64,000 bases of DNA from Vitrella brassicaformis CCMP3155 (taxonomy: Eukaryota > Protista > Chromerida): the NCBI GenBank assembly GCA_001179505.1, contig CDMY01000447.1:124001-188000 (forward strand). Direction: 5' to 3'. Shown one piece after another: positions 47,086-58,417 of the stretch. The position numbers and the translations under genes were made by a program. A model generated the notes under the pieces. That model did not search any database and was not told the DNA's origin. It saw only the letters and a list, made by a program, of their open reading frames with translations. The stretch's first letter is position 1, and each line of letters starts with the position of its first letter.

Positions 47086-49005
47086 TCACTTGTCACACAC
47101 GCTCTTCTGCTTGGTGAGGTATTGAAAAATCTGCGTGTTGACGTCATCCGACTCCTGCAAAGCTGACATGTCCGTCATGGGCACATCCACGGCCACACCC
47201 TCGTCATAGCTCAGCCCGTCAGCGAACTTGAAATGCTTGGTCGACAGCAGCAAGAAGCCCCCGTCGCTCAGTGGAAGGGCCTCCTGCATCGTGGCCTTGC
47301 CCTTGGTGGTCTCCCCGACCAGTGCGGCCCTACAGTGGCGCCTGAGGCCGCCCGCGAGCACCTCGCTGGCACTGGCACTCTTGGCATCCACCAGGATGAC
47401 CACCGGCAGTTCCGCGAGGTCGAGCGGCAGGGCCGCGTCGGTGGTCCAGGGGCCGCGTGTGTCGATCGTCTGAGGGGAGCTGTCTGATGATGTCCGCGAG
47501 TCGACGAGCAGCAGTGGGCGGCTGGGGCTGAACAGCGATGCAATATTGACTGCACTCTGCAGATCGCCTGCATGGCATGCACCACACCAACCAAAGGAAG
47601 GGAACAAACAACCGTGCGACCTCCTGTTATATGTGGATCATGCTAAATTCTATCGCGATAGCACCTCCTGTGTTGCCCCGTAGGTCGAGAATGAGTGAGG
47701 ACGGCGGCACGGCCTCCTCGCTGTACTGCAGCCGCTTCAACGCCCGAGCCACCTCTCTCTCCACCCGCGAATTGAAGTCGAGGATCTGGATGTACCCCAC
47801 CCACACCACACGCCGGCCGTCCCGGGCGTCCGGCTCCTCCTCGGCCGACAAAGTCTCGACGAAGAATCGGACCGGCTGCCGCACGCGGGCCTCCTCGGCC
47901 GCTGAGAGAGGGGGGCGGCTGGTGCGTTCGAGTGTGAGGTCCTCTTCTAGCGATGGCGATGGGCCGTCAGCACTGATGCGCTTGATCTTCATGGTCAGCT
48001 GCGGGTCGCCAGACTTGAGGATGGATGCATCAAAGTCCTCAGGGGACAGGCCGCGCAGCGTCAAACCTGAACCGACCAAAGACACAGCCGTCCTCCCCCA
48101 TCCCAGGTGGTGTGTGCCATGCCATGTGTAGCTACCTGTCACTTACCGTTGATAGCCACAATCTCGTCTCCTCCCTGCAGGCCGGCCTTGGCTGCGGACG
48201 AGCCGGCGAGAGGAACGCCCTTGACCAGCACCCGGCCGTCCACATCACTCGTGAACTGTATGCCGACCCCCAACACATCGTACGCCCTCAGCACCTCCGC
48301 AGCGGCAGGCGGGGCCAGCACCCGGGAGTACCGATCGTCCAGCTCGTTGACCATGTCCTGCAGCAGGGTGTAGTAGCGGTAGTCCTCTGCGCCGCTTTGC
48401 CGCTTGTCCATGTCGCGCGCCTTGCTGCGGTACTTCTGCACGATGCCGTCCCACTCGTCCGCTGCACCGTTCAGCGAAGGGTCCCAGTAGTGCTGCTGCA
48501 CCAGCTCAGAGACCTCCTCCAGCACTCGAGAGGGGGCGGCCGACGACGCAACTTGAGACAACATAAACACGCTCGTCTCGCCGTCAGCCGCCGGCGCATC
48601 CTGCTGGCTGAAGGTCTGCTGCTGGGCTGGCACATCTGCCGATGCAGCTGCAGGGAGGTGGTTGATGCTGGGGATCCACAAAGCCATCATCCACACGACG
48701 AATGCGCACACCATCTCGTTCAGCTTGTGCGTTAGGCCTTGTGCCGAGATGCCGCGGCCTTCTGCATTGCTGACCGAGGAGGCGCCCTCGAGAGCTGCCG
48801 CAAAGCTGCTGACAGATCCATCCCTCTGCGGGGGCGAAAGATGCATGCGACCGGTGCGTCGGCTCCTGCGGGCGAAATGCACTCGTGGATGCGGCGGATG
48901 ATCTACCCGACGCCATGATATCAACGGCGTCCCCAAGTGATGCTTTTGCAGCGGAAGTTCCTTGGCGGGCAGCGAAGGGCCTTGAAAGGCGAAGGAGATG
49001 GCCAT
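47086..49005 (-). CDS. ctpA: S41 family C-terminal processing peptidase (CtpA-like) with PDZ domain
   Basis: VLEEVSELVQQHYWD, LDDRYSRVL, PDZ motifs GVGIQF and SSAAKAGLQGGDEIVAING, VGYIQILDFN, LILDLRGNTGG, catalytic Ser in DAKSASASEVLAGGL and Lys in GETTKGKATMQ. Lumen-transfer-like hydrophobic stretch ending AASA|D. Confidence 0.9.
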
Positions 49006-49068
49006 CTCTCAAAGGGATAGCCGGAGAGAAAAAGGGAAGGCGTCTGCGAGCTCTTCGTTTTTTCAGTA

Positions 49069-49090
49069 TTAGGGTTTAGGGTTTAGGGTT
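49069..49090 (+). promoter_or_regulatory. Interstitial telomere-like repeat (TTAGGG TTTAGGG TTTAGGG TT), a telo-box-like element in the divergent ctpA/RecQ promoter
   Basis: Direct sequence, with a second copy ttagggtttagggttt at 49371-49386. Regulatory role is inferred from its position. Confidence 0.55.
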
Positions 49091-49470
49091 CCGGCTGCTG
49101 ATGCATTCACACATGCGTACGTTATTACACACACTGACACACACACATCACCGAATGTTCCATCTTGGCGGCACGCTCATCCGTCCGGCGCTCACCTTCG
49201 CACCGTCCTGCGCAGGATATGAATGCGTGCAGACACGCACCGTCATCTTGAGCCTTCACCAGAGCTTCGCCCGGAAAGTTTCGCCCACGCTCACGAGCTT
49301 TTCATTCTCACCCCCCCTCGCAGCCTGACCGAGTGGGTGCACTCACACAAGCTTGTCTTGTGTCCAAAAGTTAGGGTTTAGGGTTTGAAGGGTGGCGGTG
49401 CGATGATCTCCGTCAGCATCAGCAGCGCGGAGCGTTGTGTGGCGTCATAAGCAGCAGGGGTGGTCCGACG

Positions 49471-52400
49471 ATGAGTCCGCCGCTATCGCCGGCGGCCCTG
49501 TCGGCTTCGGCGGAGCGCGCCATGCAGAAGTACTACGGGTTCAGGGAGCTCAAGAAGTTCCAGCGTGACGCCGTGCTGGCGTGCTATCGCAGGCAGCACT
49601 GCTTCATCATTAAACACACGGGAGCCGGTGAGGCAGGCGAGGCCCATGTGGCGGGCGGATGGATCTGTGTGGGTGTTTGTTCATTCTGATAGATGAGTCG
49701 ATTATGTATGTTGGTGTCTGTGGTGCAGGCAAGAGTCTGTGCTACCAGCTTCCCTCTTTGATGGACAAGGCCAGCGGTAGGTTTGTGCTGGTGATATCGC
49801 CGCTGATATCGCTCATGCAGGACCAAGTGCACGCGCTGATGCAAAGACAGGTGAGGCACACGCACACATCAAAGACTGGCATTTCAATCACTCGAGTGTT
49901 GTGTGTGTGTGTGTGTGTGTGTGTGGGTGTGGGTGGGTGTGTGGGTGTGTGTCACATTAACTACGTGCAGATTGCCGCCGTGTTGCTAGGTTCAGCGAGT
50001 AGCTACACCTGGGGCGACGTGCTGGCGGGCCGCTACCGCCTGGTTTATGTGTCGCCGGAGTATGTGGAGAAGATGGTCGACACGATAGCTGCCTCCAAGG
50101 ACAGAATACTGCTCCTCGCCATAGATGAGGTCCGTACGGGCCTCTGATGATATCTGATGCTCTCATTTCATTGTCGTGTGTGTGTCCATTGATTTGATTG
50201 CCTTGGCAGGTGCACTGTGTGAGTGAGTGGGGCCATGACTTCCGGCCTCTCTATCGCAAGCTGTACCTGCTCAAGTATGTCAGAGACCAAACCAATGAGT
50301 GACGCACTTGTGCGAATGTAATGTGTTGCGCATATACTGCGGCTATGCACTTACTTTACTTGTGCAGGCGAGCGCTGAGCGGCGTCCCCGTCATGGGCCT
50401 CACAGCCACATGCACCATGGAGGTCAGAGCAGGTCACGCCACGCCATTGCGGGCATCACACACCATGTTTTCGCTTCTGGCATCAGGTCCAGAGTGACGT
50501 GTTGCACCAGCTAGATCTCAACATCCGCGACGTCCTCGTCCTCCGCAGCACCATCAACAGGTATCAGCCCGCAGCGCAAGGCAACCACACACAAACGCCG
50601 TCAAGCCGCTTCTTGATCCCTCCCTGCTGTGCTGTGCTGTGCTGTTTGGGGTGTGTAAAGGACGAATCTGTACTATGAGGTGCGTGAGAAGAAGGGCATG
50701 CAGGACGACCTGGGCAAGCTCCTAGCCATGCCATCTGTCACACTCGTAAGTGACCCTTGTCGAAAGCCACCACACAATGACTCATCTGTCTCTGCTGTGC
50801 GTGTGTGTGTGCAGCCCCGTCCGCAGGCCAAGTCCCGTTCCGAGAAGACCATCGACAATGCCGCCAACACCCCTGATCCGCTGCCGTTCGCGTCGACCCT
50901 CATCTATGTCCCCACCCAGAGGGACGCAGAGGAAGTCGCCTCGTCAGCCGACACACACTCACACACACACGACACAGACCCACACCCACACAGACACACC
51001 CACACCCACACAGACACACCCACACCCACACAGACACACACCCACACCCACACAGACACACACACCCACACACATCCCACCCCATGTGTGTGTCGCGTCA
51101 GGTTCTTGAGCGATCGCGGCGTGCAGGCGGCCGCATACCATGCCGGTGAGTGAGTGAGGAGGTCACCTAGGCAAGCAAGGAGAGCTCATGCCATGCCATG
51201 CGGCAGACAGGTGGTGTGGTGTGTGAAGCTGGGTTGGGCGTGTCGTCACCCCATGTGTACTGGTTGTCATGTCGTGCAGGCCTGCGGCCCGACAGGCGTT
51301 TGGGTGTGCATGAGGACTTCCTGCAGGACAAGGTGCAGGTGGTGGTGGCCACCGTGGCCTACGGGATGGGCATCGACAAACCCGACATCAGACGCGTGAT
51401 CCACTACGGCCTTCCTCGCACCCTCGAGGCGTATGTCCAGCAGGCCGGCCGGGCAGGTAGGGACGGCGACCTGTCCGAGTGTTACCTCTTCTGGCGGGAT
51501 GGTGACGGCGCCACCGGCCGGGCACTCATTCTCAACGATGCCAGCACCGGCAAGAACACAGCCGAATACACAAAACACCTGTAACTCACCCAGCCAGCCC
51601 ACCAGACACAGACACACAGGGAGGGAGGGAGGGAGGGAGAGAGGCACTGAATGCGGGGGGCGTCTTGGTGCGCCTTGGATGATGTGTCTTAGCCGCTCTG
51701 CCTGTTGTTGCCATGATGTGTGTCAGGATGGGCTTGTTTGGCAAGGTGCTCGAGTACGCCAAGGCCGGCAGCTGCCGGAGGGACATGCTCATCACATACT
51801 TCAGGGAACAACAAGATTACTCACAAACCGCCGCAGCACAGGTGACGGACAGACACGAGGCTATACGGACGGACGTTTTCCTCTCCTCTTTGCATGTGCA
51901 TGTGTGTGTGTGTGTGTGTGTATGTGTCAGGGTTCGTCTGACGACCCGCAGGCCACCAAGGGCATCTGTAGGAAGTAGGCGGCCGGAGCAGAAACACACA
52001 CACACTCCCGAACATGCGCACATCGAGGCAATGTGCCGTCGATCAGGTTGGCGGACGGATCGGTGACATGCAGCTTCTGCGACATGTGCAGGCGGCGGGG
52101 GCGGGGGCGGTCGTCGGCACCAAACACACAAGTTGACATCTCGTAAGCAGACAGACAGACGGCATTGCAACACACACAGCCTGCCCTGCCTTGTCTGTCT
52201 GTCTGTCTGTCTGTCTGTCGACACACACAGGTCGGAGGCCCGCATCCTGTTGGCCGGCGTGGCTGCCTGTGGCGGACGATTCGGCATCACCAGTAAACCG
52301 AAACACATGCCAACAAGACGCCTCCTGCCCGCCTTGCCTTGTGTGTCAGTGCCGTGCAAAGTGGTGAGCGGGGCCGGTAGCACCGACGTCAAACAAAAAG

Positions 52401-53558
52401 GGCTGACCCAACTGCGGGAGTACGGCAGCGGTCGCGATCGTCCCGTCAAATTCTGGACGGAGCTCGGCCGGATACTAATCCGCGAAGGCCTGCTCACCGA
52501 GACGGTCGGTGGGACAGATCAGGCCGCCGGTCCACACACAAACACACACGCTAGACTTCTCTCTCTCTCTCTCTCTCTGTGTCTTGTGTCAGGTAACGAG
52601 TTTCAGCAGCGCCCAGAGCTTCATGTCCACCTACATGGCGGTGTCGGTGTCGCCAGCGGGTCGTAGGTTCATCGCCGACCGGGCCAAGACCCTCACCACC
52701 GACCAGGCCGAGCGCCTGTTCTCCTTCATCAGGCTGTCGGGTGAGGGGGGCGGGGGCGGGGAGAGGGACGCCCCCCGTGTGGCGGTGTCGACGGCCGCCA
52801 CGCTCAAGCGGCATGAAGACGACTTGTACATTGTGCTGAGGGACATCCGCTCACGCGAGGGTCAGAGGCGGAAGATCGCTCCAGTGCAGGTAGGGGTAGA
52901 TGCATCGACACTCTCTCTGCCTCTGTGTGTTTCTCCATTCGCTTTGTTCTGTTCTCGTCTGGTGTTGTGTTGTGTTGTCGTTTCTCACAGATCCTGAGCA
53001 ACGAGGTGATGCGCAAGGCGGCTGGGCTGCGGCCGACGACCATCCCGCAGCTGCGCAAGACCGTCGAAGGCATCCCTGAGACCATCGACCAGACCATCCT
53101 GCAGGCCATGACCACCGCCATCGACAAATTCTGCCGGGACCACTACCTCACACCAGACCTCAATCCCCCGCCCCCACAGCCCCCGCCTTCACGGGCAGAT
53201 GCAGCCGACGGGCCATCGACATCGTCGCGGCAGCGGAGCGCCGCATCCTCTCTGCCGATGAAGAGGAAAAGTCAGTCAGGGAGAGGGGGAAAGAAGCAGG
53301 CGGGGTCATTGACGCGTGTGTCCCTGTGTCTGTGTGCGTGCGTGTGTGTCAGGTAGCGACAGTCCCTCGTCTGCGGATGAGTCAGGTGTGTGTGCAGATC
53401 GTGCTGTCGAGCACAAGAGGGCATCGATAGGCGAGAGGAGTGAAAGGGCAGAGCGGCAGGAAGCGGACGAGGTGCGGCCGCGGCAGCTGAGGGCTCCCGT
53501 GTTTGACAAGGACGAGAATAGCAACGCCGGCGATGAATTGCTCGACATGCTCGCCTGA
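49471..53558 (+). CDS. RecQ-family DNA helicase, WRN-like (helicase core + Zn/RQC + HRDC), multi-exon
   Basis: Motif 0 [14 protein letters not shown]|[26 protein letters not shown]|[66 protein letters not shown] segment [15 protein letters not shown] and HRDC segment LYIVLRDIR...ILSNEVMRK. The last exon is uncertain (53558 or 53814). Confidence 0.95.
50975..51075 (+). repeat. Intronic minisatellite, ~20-nt unit cacacccacacagacacacc (three near-perfect copies plus variants)
   Basis: Direct reading inside a RecQ intron. Confidence 0.8.
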
Positions 53559-54173
53559 CGACCAGTGGTCTGTCTGTCTGTCTGTGTGGTTGATAGATCT
53601 GTCTGTCTGTATAGGACGGGCCACTGCTGCAGTGCAGACGTGTGTGTAAGTGAATGTGCATGTGTTGTGTTGCGATTGCTGTCGTGGTGTTGGGGTTGTT
53701 GTAGAAACATATCCTGCCTCTCCTGCCTCTCCTTACTAGGTCCGCGATTCCGTCACGAAGGCCTTGTTGTCTCATGAGACGAACAAGGCCTTCGTGGACG
53801 AGTTGCTGGCCTAAAAGACCCCCAGGAAAAAAGGAAATCGATGCAAACTAGATGGACGTGACCAGTTACATGTTTCTTGCGCGTGTGTGTGAGTGCCTTC
53901 ATGCATTGGGGCAGTGGCCAAGTGCAGGGTTTAGAAACCCTCAACTCAACCCTAGAACTCATCTCCTTTCGCAAAGGAAGTGACGATTGACGGTCCTTCA
54001 GCCTCCTATCGTTTGTCCTGCCTCCCTGCTGCTGTCGAGCCCTTCCATCTATCTGGAGTCGGTCTGCAAGGTATACCCCAACCTGCACGGCCTCCCAGCA
54101 CCTCTCAGCTCCTTGGACACTGCAGGCATCACATCACCAACGTCTGCACGACACGTCATCAGTAGTAGAGAAC

Positions 54174-55428
54174 ATGGGCAAGCTCACGCTGTACTATTTC
54201 CCGCTCCGCGCTCGCAACGAAATCCCTCAGCTGACGCTCGCCGGGGGAGGCGTCGACTATGAGTACGTGAGCATCCTGTTCGACAAGTGGGCCGAGTTCA
54301 AGGACAAGACGTTCCTCAAACAGCTGCCCATGCTCGTAAGTCGACACACACACTGCACTGCACCACCACTGCAGTGCACCACTGCACTCGCACGCACTGT
54401 TGAATGGTCTTGGGTATGGTGCGGTGCGGTGTGTGCGTGTGGTGCGAGCAGGTGCTTCCTGACGGAACGGAGATCTGCCAATCCGGCGCGGTACGAGTCA
54501 GCTGCACAGAGGCCTGGGCCTGCAAGACACACACATCACACACATTCGCACGCACCGCCTCTCCCAATGCTGTTGTCTGTCTGTCCGTCTCTGTGCAGAT
54601 TGTGCGGTACATTGCGCAGATCGCTTCGCCGAGGTTGGTGCCTGACGACCCTGTCAAAGCCGCATACGTCGACATGGTACCAACGGAATGGACAGAAGCA
54701 ATCAGTGGCCGGTCGTGGCAAGGGCGGCTCAGTGGCGACTGGTGTCAATGTGTGTGTGTGTGTGTGCAGATCTTCGAGATGTGTCAGGACAAGCGCGTGC
54801 AGGTCATCGATCCGGTGAGTCCCGCATAGCACATCACATACGCGAATCACACGCAAGGAGCGACCCTGCTGTCCTGTGTGTGTTCCTCTGTTGGTTGGTT
54901 GGTTGGTTGGTCACAGATCTGCAACATGTACAGCGGCGAGCAGTTCAAGACCGAGAAGGAGACCGTGCTCGGACACCTCCAGGACAAGTGAGCCAAAAGG
55001 GAAGAAAGGGAAACCACACGCCCCCCCCCCCAACGGCCCGGCGTATGCGTCCCTCATCTATGTCCGACTCTCTCTCTCTCTCTCTTGTCCTTGTCAGCTA
55101 TCTGCCGTGCTGGACGAAGCTGCTGGGCGACAAGAAGTTCTTCGCCGGGGACTCGGTCACCTACGCCGACTTTGCCGTCTTCCACATCCTCGAAAACACA
55201 CAGAACGTCGAGCCAAAGTGAGTGAGCCACCCAGCCACAAACAGACCCACAGACCCACACACACACACATGCCCATTATTGTGACATGATTACGTTTGTG
55301 TGTCCATCAGCGTGTTGTCCAAGTGGAGCGAGATGAGTGCGTGGTATGAGCGCGTCAAGGGCCTCCCGGGGATAAAGCAGTTTCTCGACAGCAGACCCCC
55401 CCTCAGACAACTCCCGCCCGCTAACTGA
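54174..55428 (+). CDS. Glutathione S-transferase (sigma/mu/pi-like, Tyr-type)
   Basis: MGKLTLYYFPLRARNEIPQLTLA, FLKQLPML|VLPDGTEICQSGA|IVRYIA and LLGDKKFFAGDSVTYADFAVF, ending GLPGIKQFLDSRPPLRQLPPAN* (TGA at 55426-55428). Confidence 0.93.
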
Positions 55429-56112
55429 CCCACTCAGTCACTCACCGACTGACTGACTGAGCCAGCCCCAAGCGAGCCGCCCCGACATGGTGGATGGCCA
55501 GATGAGGGTGAGTCAGTGTCTCGTATCTAACGCTCATAGGCAGGCCGGGTGAGTCTTTTCGGGTACGCGTTAGTTGTTTGTTTGTTCAAGGGGTGTCTCA
55601 CCACTTGGAGCTTTGAATTATGCGGGAGAGAGGCATGTAGGTTTGGCAGTCAGGTTTGACGTGAGGGTAGCGAAGCGTCAGGAGGTTGCAGCTGCTAGGA
55701 ACCATCAGGTCAGCTTGAAATTTTGTTGTTTGTCGTGTGTGTGGAGCATGCCATGCCACCCGTTCGAGAATCTGCCTGTGGTACGTTGGTTGGGCAATAC
55801 ATATAGATCAGTCAGTCAACACACGCGTCTCTCTGTACGTGTGTGTCTGTATGCCGCCTGATCAAGACAGAGAGAGAGGGAAGAGCGTTTCCTTCATTGG
55901 ACAGACCGACTCTCCCCCCCTTGACCCTACAAACCCTGACCCTGATCACTCTCACGGTGGTGATGAAGAACTGACTTCCGTTGGTATTACCCCATTATGA
56001 GCGATTTGAAGTATGTCTAGAGATGATAAACCTGGTCTACGAGCAGCCATTGCTCGAAAGCTTCTAGTTTGCGAAAAAATGAGGAAAAAAAAGCTACATT
56101 CCGTAATGTAAA

Positions 56113-56196
56113 GGCAGCATGGCTGAGTGGTTTTCTGGCGATGCCTTGCTAAGGCATTGAGCTGTGCCCGCGTAAGATCGAATCCTGCTGTTGTCG
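56113..56196 (+). tRNA. trnS-GCU: tRNA-Ser(GCT), structurally divergent (possibly a pseudogene)
   Basis: Acceptor stem GGCAGCA/TGTTGTC with discriminator G. A-box TGGCTGAGTGG. Anticodon stem ATGCC/GGCAT, loop TTGCTAA (GCT at 56148-56150). Long variable arm. T-arm GTAAG-ATCGAAT-CCTGC. T5 terminator immediately downstream. Confidence 0.85.
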
Positions 56197-56349
56197 TTTT
56201 TCCTTCCCAAACGCATTTCCAAACGCATTTTTACATCAAAGGTCTCCGTGTCAACGGCAGCGCACGGCAGCCCTTCCTGGCTCATCGACTGCTGCTCGTG
56301 TTCGGCTCGTTGAGATCTGAGAGGAACGTTCTGTCCTGTCCAGCACACG

Positions 56350-57200
56350 ATGGCGTCCAAGGCCCTCGAATTCACTCTCGGTAAGTCGCGGCACGACAGC
56401 CAGGCACACCGCACACTCATTCAGTCAGTCACATGCATCTCTCTCTCACTGTCAGGTCTGCATCTGGCGCCGCTGCCCACCACTGCCCGTGGTACGCCCT
56501 GCTGCCTGGCGTCCCATCCCAAGAGGGACGTGGTGGCCTACTGCAGCGGGACCAACGTCGTCATCCGAAACCTGCAGCCAGCGGTCAGTTAGTCAAGACA
56601 ATCAATGATACGTCAGTCAGTTAGTTAGTCAGTCAATCAAGGGCTTGCTTCATTCATATGGATGCACTGTGTGTGTGTGTGTCCTGCAGGAGAATGAGTC
56701 GCCGGTGGAAGTGCTCGGCCTTCATGCCAAGCAGGCAGGGATGCAGGAAGGAACACAACACGACCCACCCCCATCATGATGTTTGGCTGGCTGTCTGGCT
56801 GTCTGGTCAGACGACTGCAGTGGCGTACTCGCCGTCAGGCCAGTGGATTGCCTCGGGAGGTAAGTGTTTACCTACCCAGGTGGGGTGCACACACGAGGCA
56901 AGGCAAGATCTGCGTGTGTGTCTGCTGTCTGTCTATACAATATTGTTTTGTGGGTCAGACGCGTCGGGCCATCTGAAGGTCTGGGGCGCCCACGGCGACC
57001 ACGTCGAGAAAGCGGTGTGTACGCTGCCCTCACTCAAAAACCAGGCAACACGCGTGATGCATGTCCGTTTGCAGGACTACCCTGTGCTGACCGGTGCCAT
57101 ATGCGACATCGCCTGGAGTGGCGACGGCCAGCGGATCGCTGTTGTGGGCGACGGCAGAGAAAAGTGAGTGAGGACACGCACGCACACGATGGCAAACTGT

Positions 57201-57231
<31 letters not shown>

Positions 57232-58348
57232 CCCCTCCCTCTCGGCATGTCAGGCTGGGAGCGGTTATCATCTGGGACACGGGCAGCAAGGCCGGGGAGA
57301 TATCGGGCCACTCCAAGCGGCTGAGGACCGTCGCATTCAGACCTAATCGGCCGTTCAGAATCCTTACCGGTAGTGCCAACCATACTCTGCCAGAGATCCA
57401 CACATTTATATGTGTGTGTGTGTGTGTGTGTGTTTCAGGTGGGGATGAGTTCAACATCTGCTACCACGAGGGCCCACCCTTCAAGTTCGGCCACTCCCTG
57501 TCCCTTCACACCAACTTTGTCAACGCCATCAGGTGGGCAGGCAGGCACACAGACACCTGCACACCTTCACACACACACGTGTGTGTGTGTGTGTGTGTGT
57601 GTATGCCTGTGTGTGTTAGGCATGCGCCAGAGGGCTACGACCGTCTTGTGTCTGTGGGGTCTGACGGCAAAGTCCACCTCATCGACTCCAAAACGGGACA
57701 ACACATCAGGTGCCTCACAGACAGACAGACAGACAGACAGGCGTGATCACCACACAACACATTAATGCATCGGTGAGCGGTTTGTCTGTCCACTTCTCCT
57801 CCCTCAGGGAGTTCGAGCGTCCTGCCGATCTATCTGGGAGCGTCTATGGTGTGGCGTGGCGGCCCAAGAAGGACTCACACATCTTCGCGACCGTTGGTCA
57901 GAACACGTACACGTAGCCACACGCTGTGGTAATGAGCCCGTATTGTCTGCCTATTGGTTGTCGGCTCGTGCCTGCAGGTGGCGACAAGGCCATTCGGCTG
58001 TGGGACGCAGGCGAGAGCGGGCAGCACATCTGCGCCACTCACGTCGGCGAGCAGAGACTGCAGGACATGCCACTGGGTGGGTGGGGTGACCTTATACAAA
58101 TGAGCATCAAAACACACACACCATCGATGGATGCCACCTGCCCATGTGATGTGCCTGTGTGTGTGGGTGGGGGGGTCAGGTGTGTGTTGGCTGGCCGAGT
58201 CGGACAGAGTCTGTGTGGTGACACTCGACGGTCGGCTGTTGCTGTATCAGGCCACGCCAAAGGACACGCCCACGTCACTTGCCCTCACAAGCACACTTAT
58301 GGGCTCGCAGGTACAACTAACCAAGTGTGGGTGCAGCCAACATGTGTA

Positions 58349-58382
<34 letters not shown>

Positions 58383-58386
58383 CCCC

Positions 58387-58417
<31 letters not shown>

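Noticed and set aside
56040-56065. gcagccattgctcgaaag loosely resembles the dinoflagellate/Perkinsus spliced leader (AGCCATT..GCTC..AAG)
   Set aside because: Only a 7-nt exact core, with no following donor GT or Sm site; consistent with chance.
55955-56100. Possible C/D snoRNA upstream of the tRNA (GTGATGA at 55960-55966, CTGA at 55971-55974)
   Set aside because: The CTGA is only 4 nt from the C box, and there is no terminal D box or closing stem at a plausible distance.
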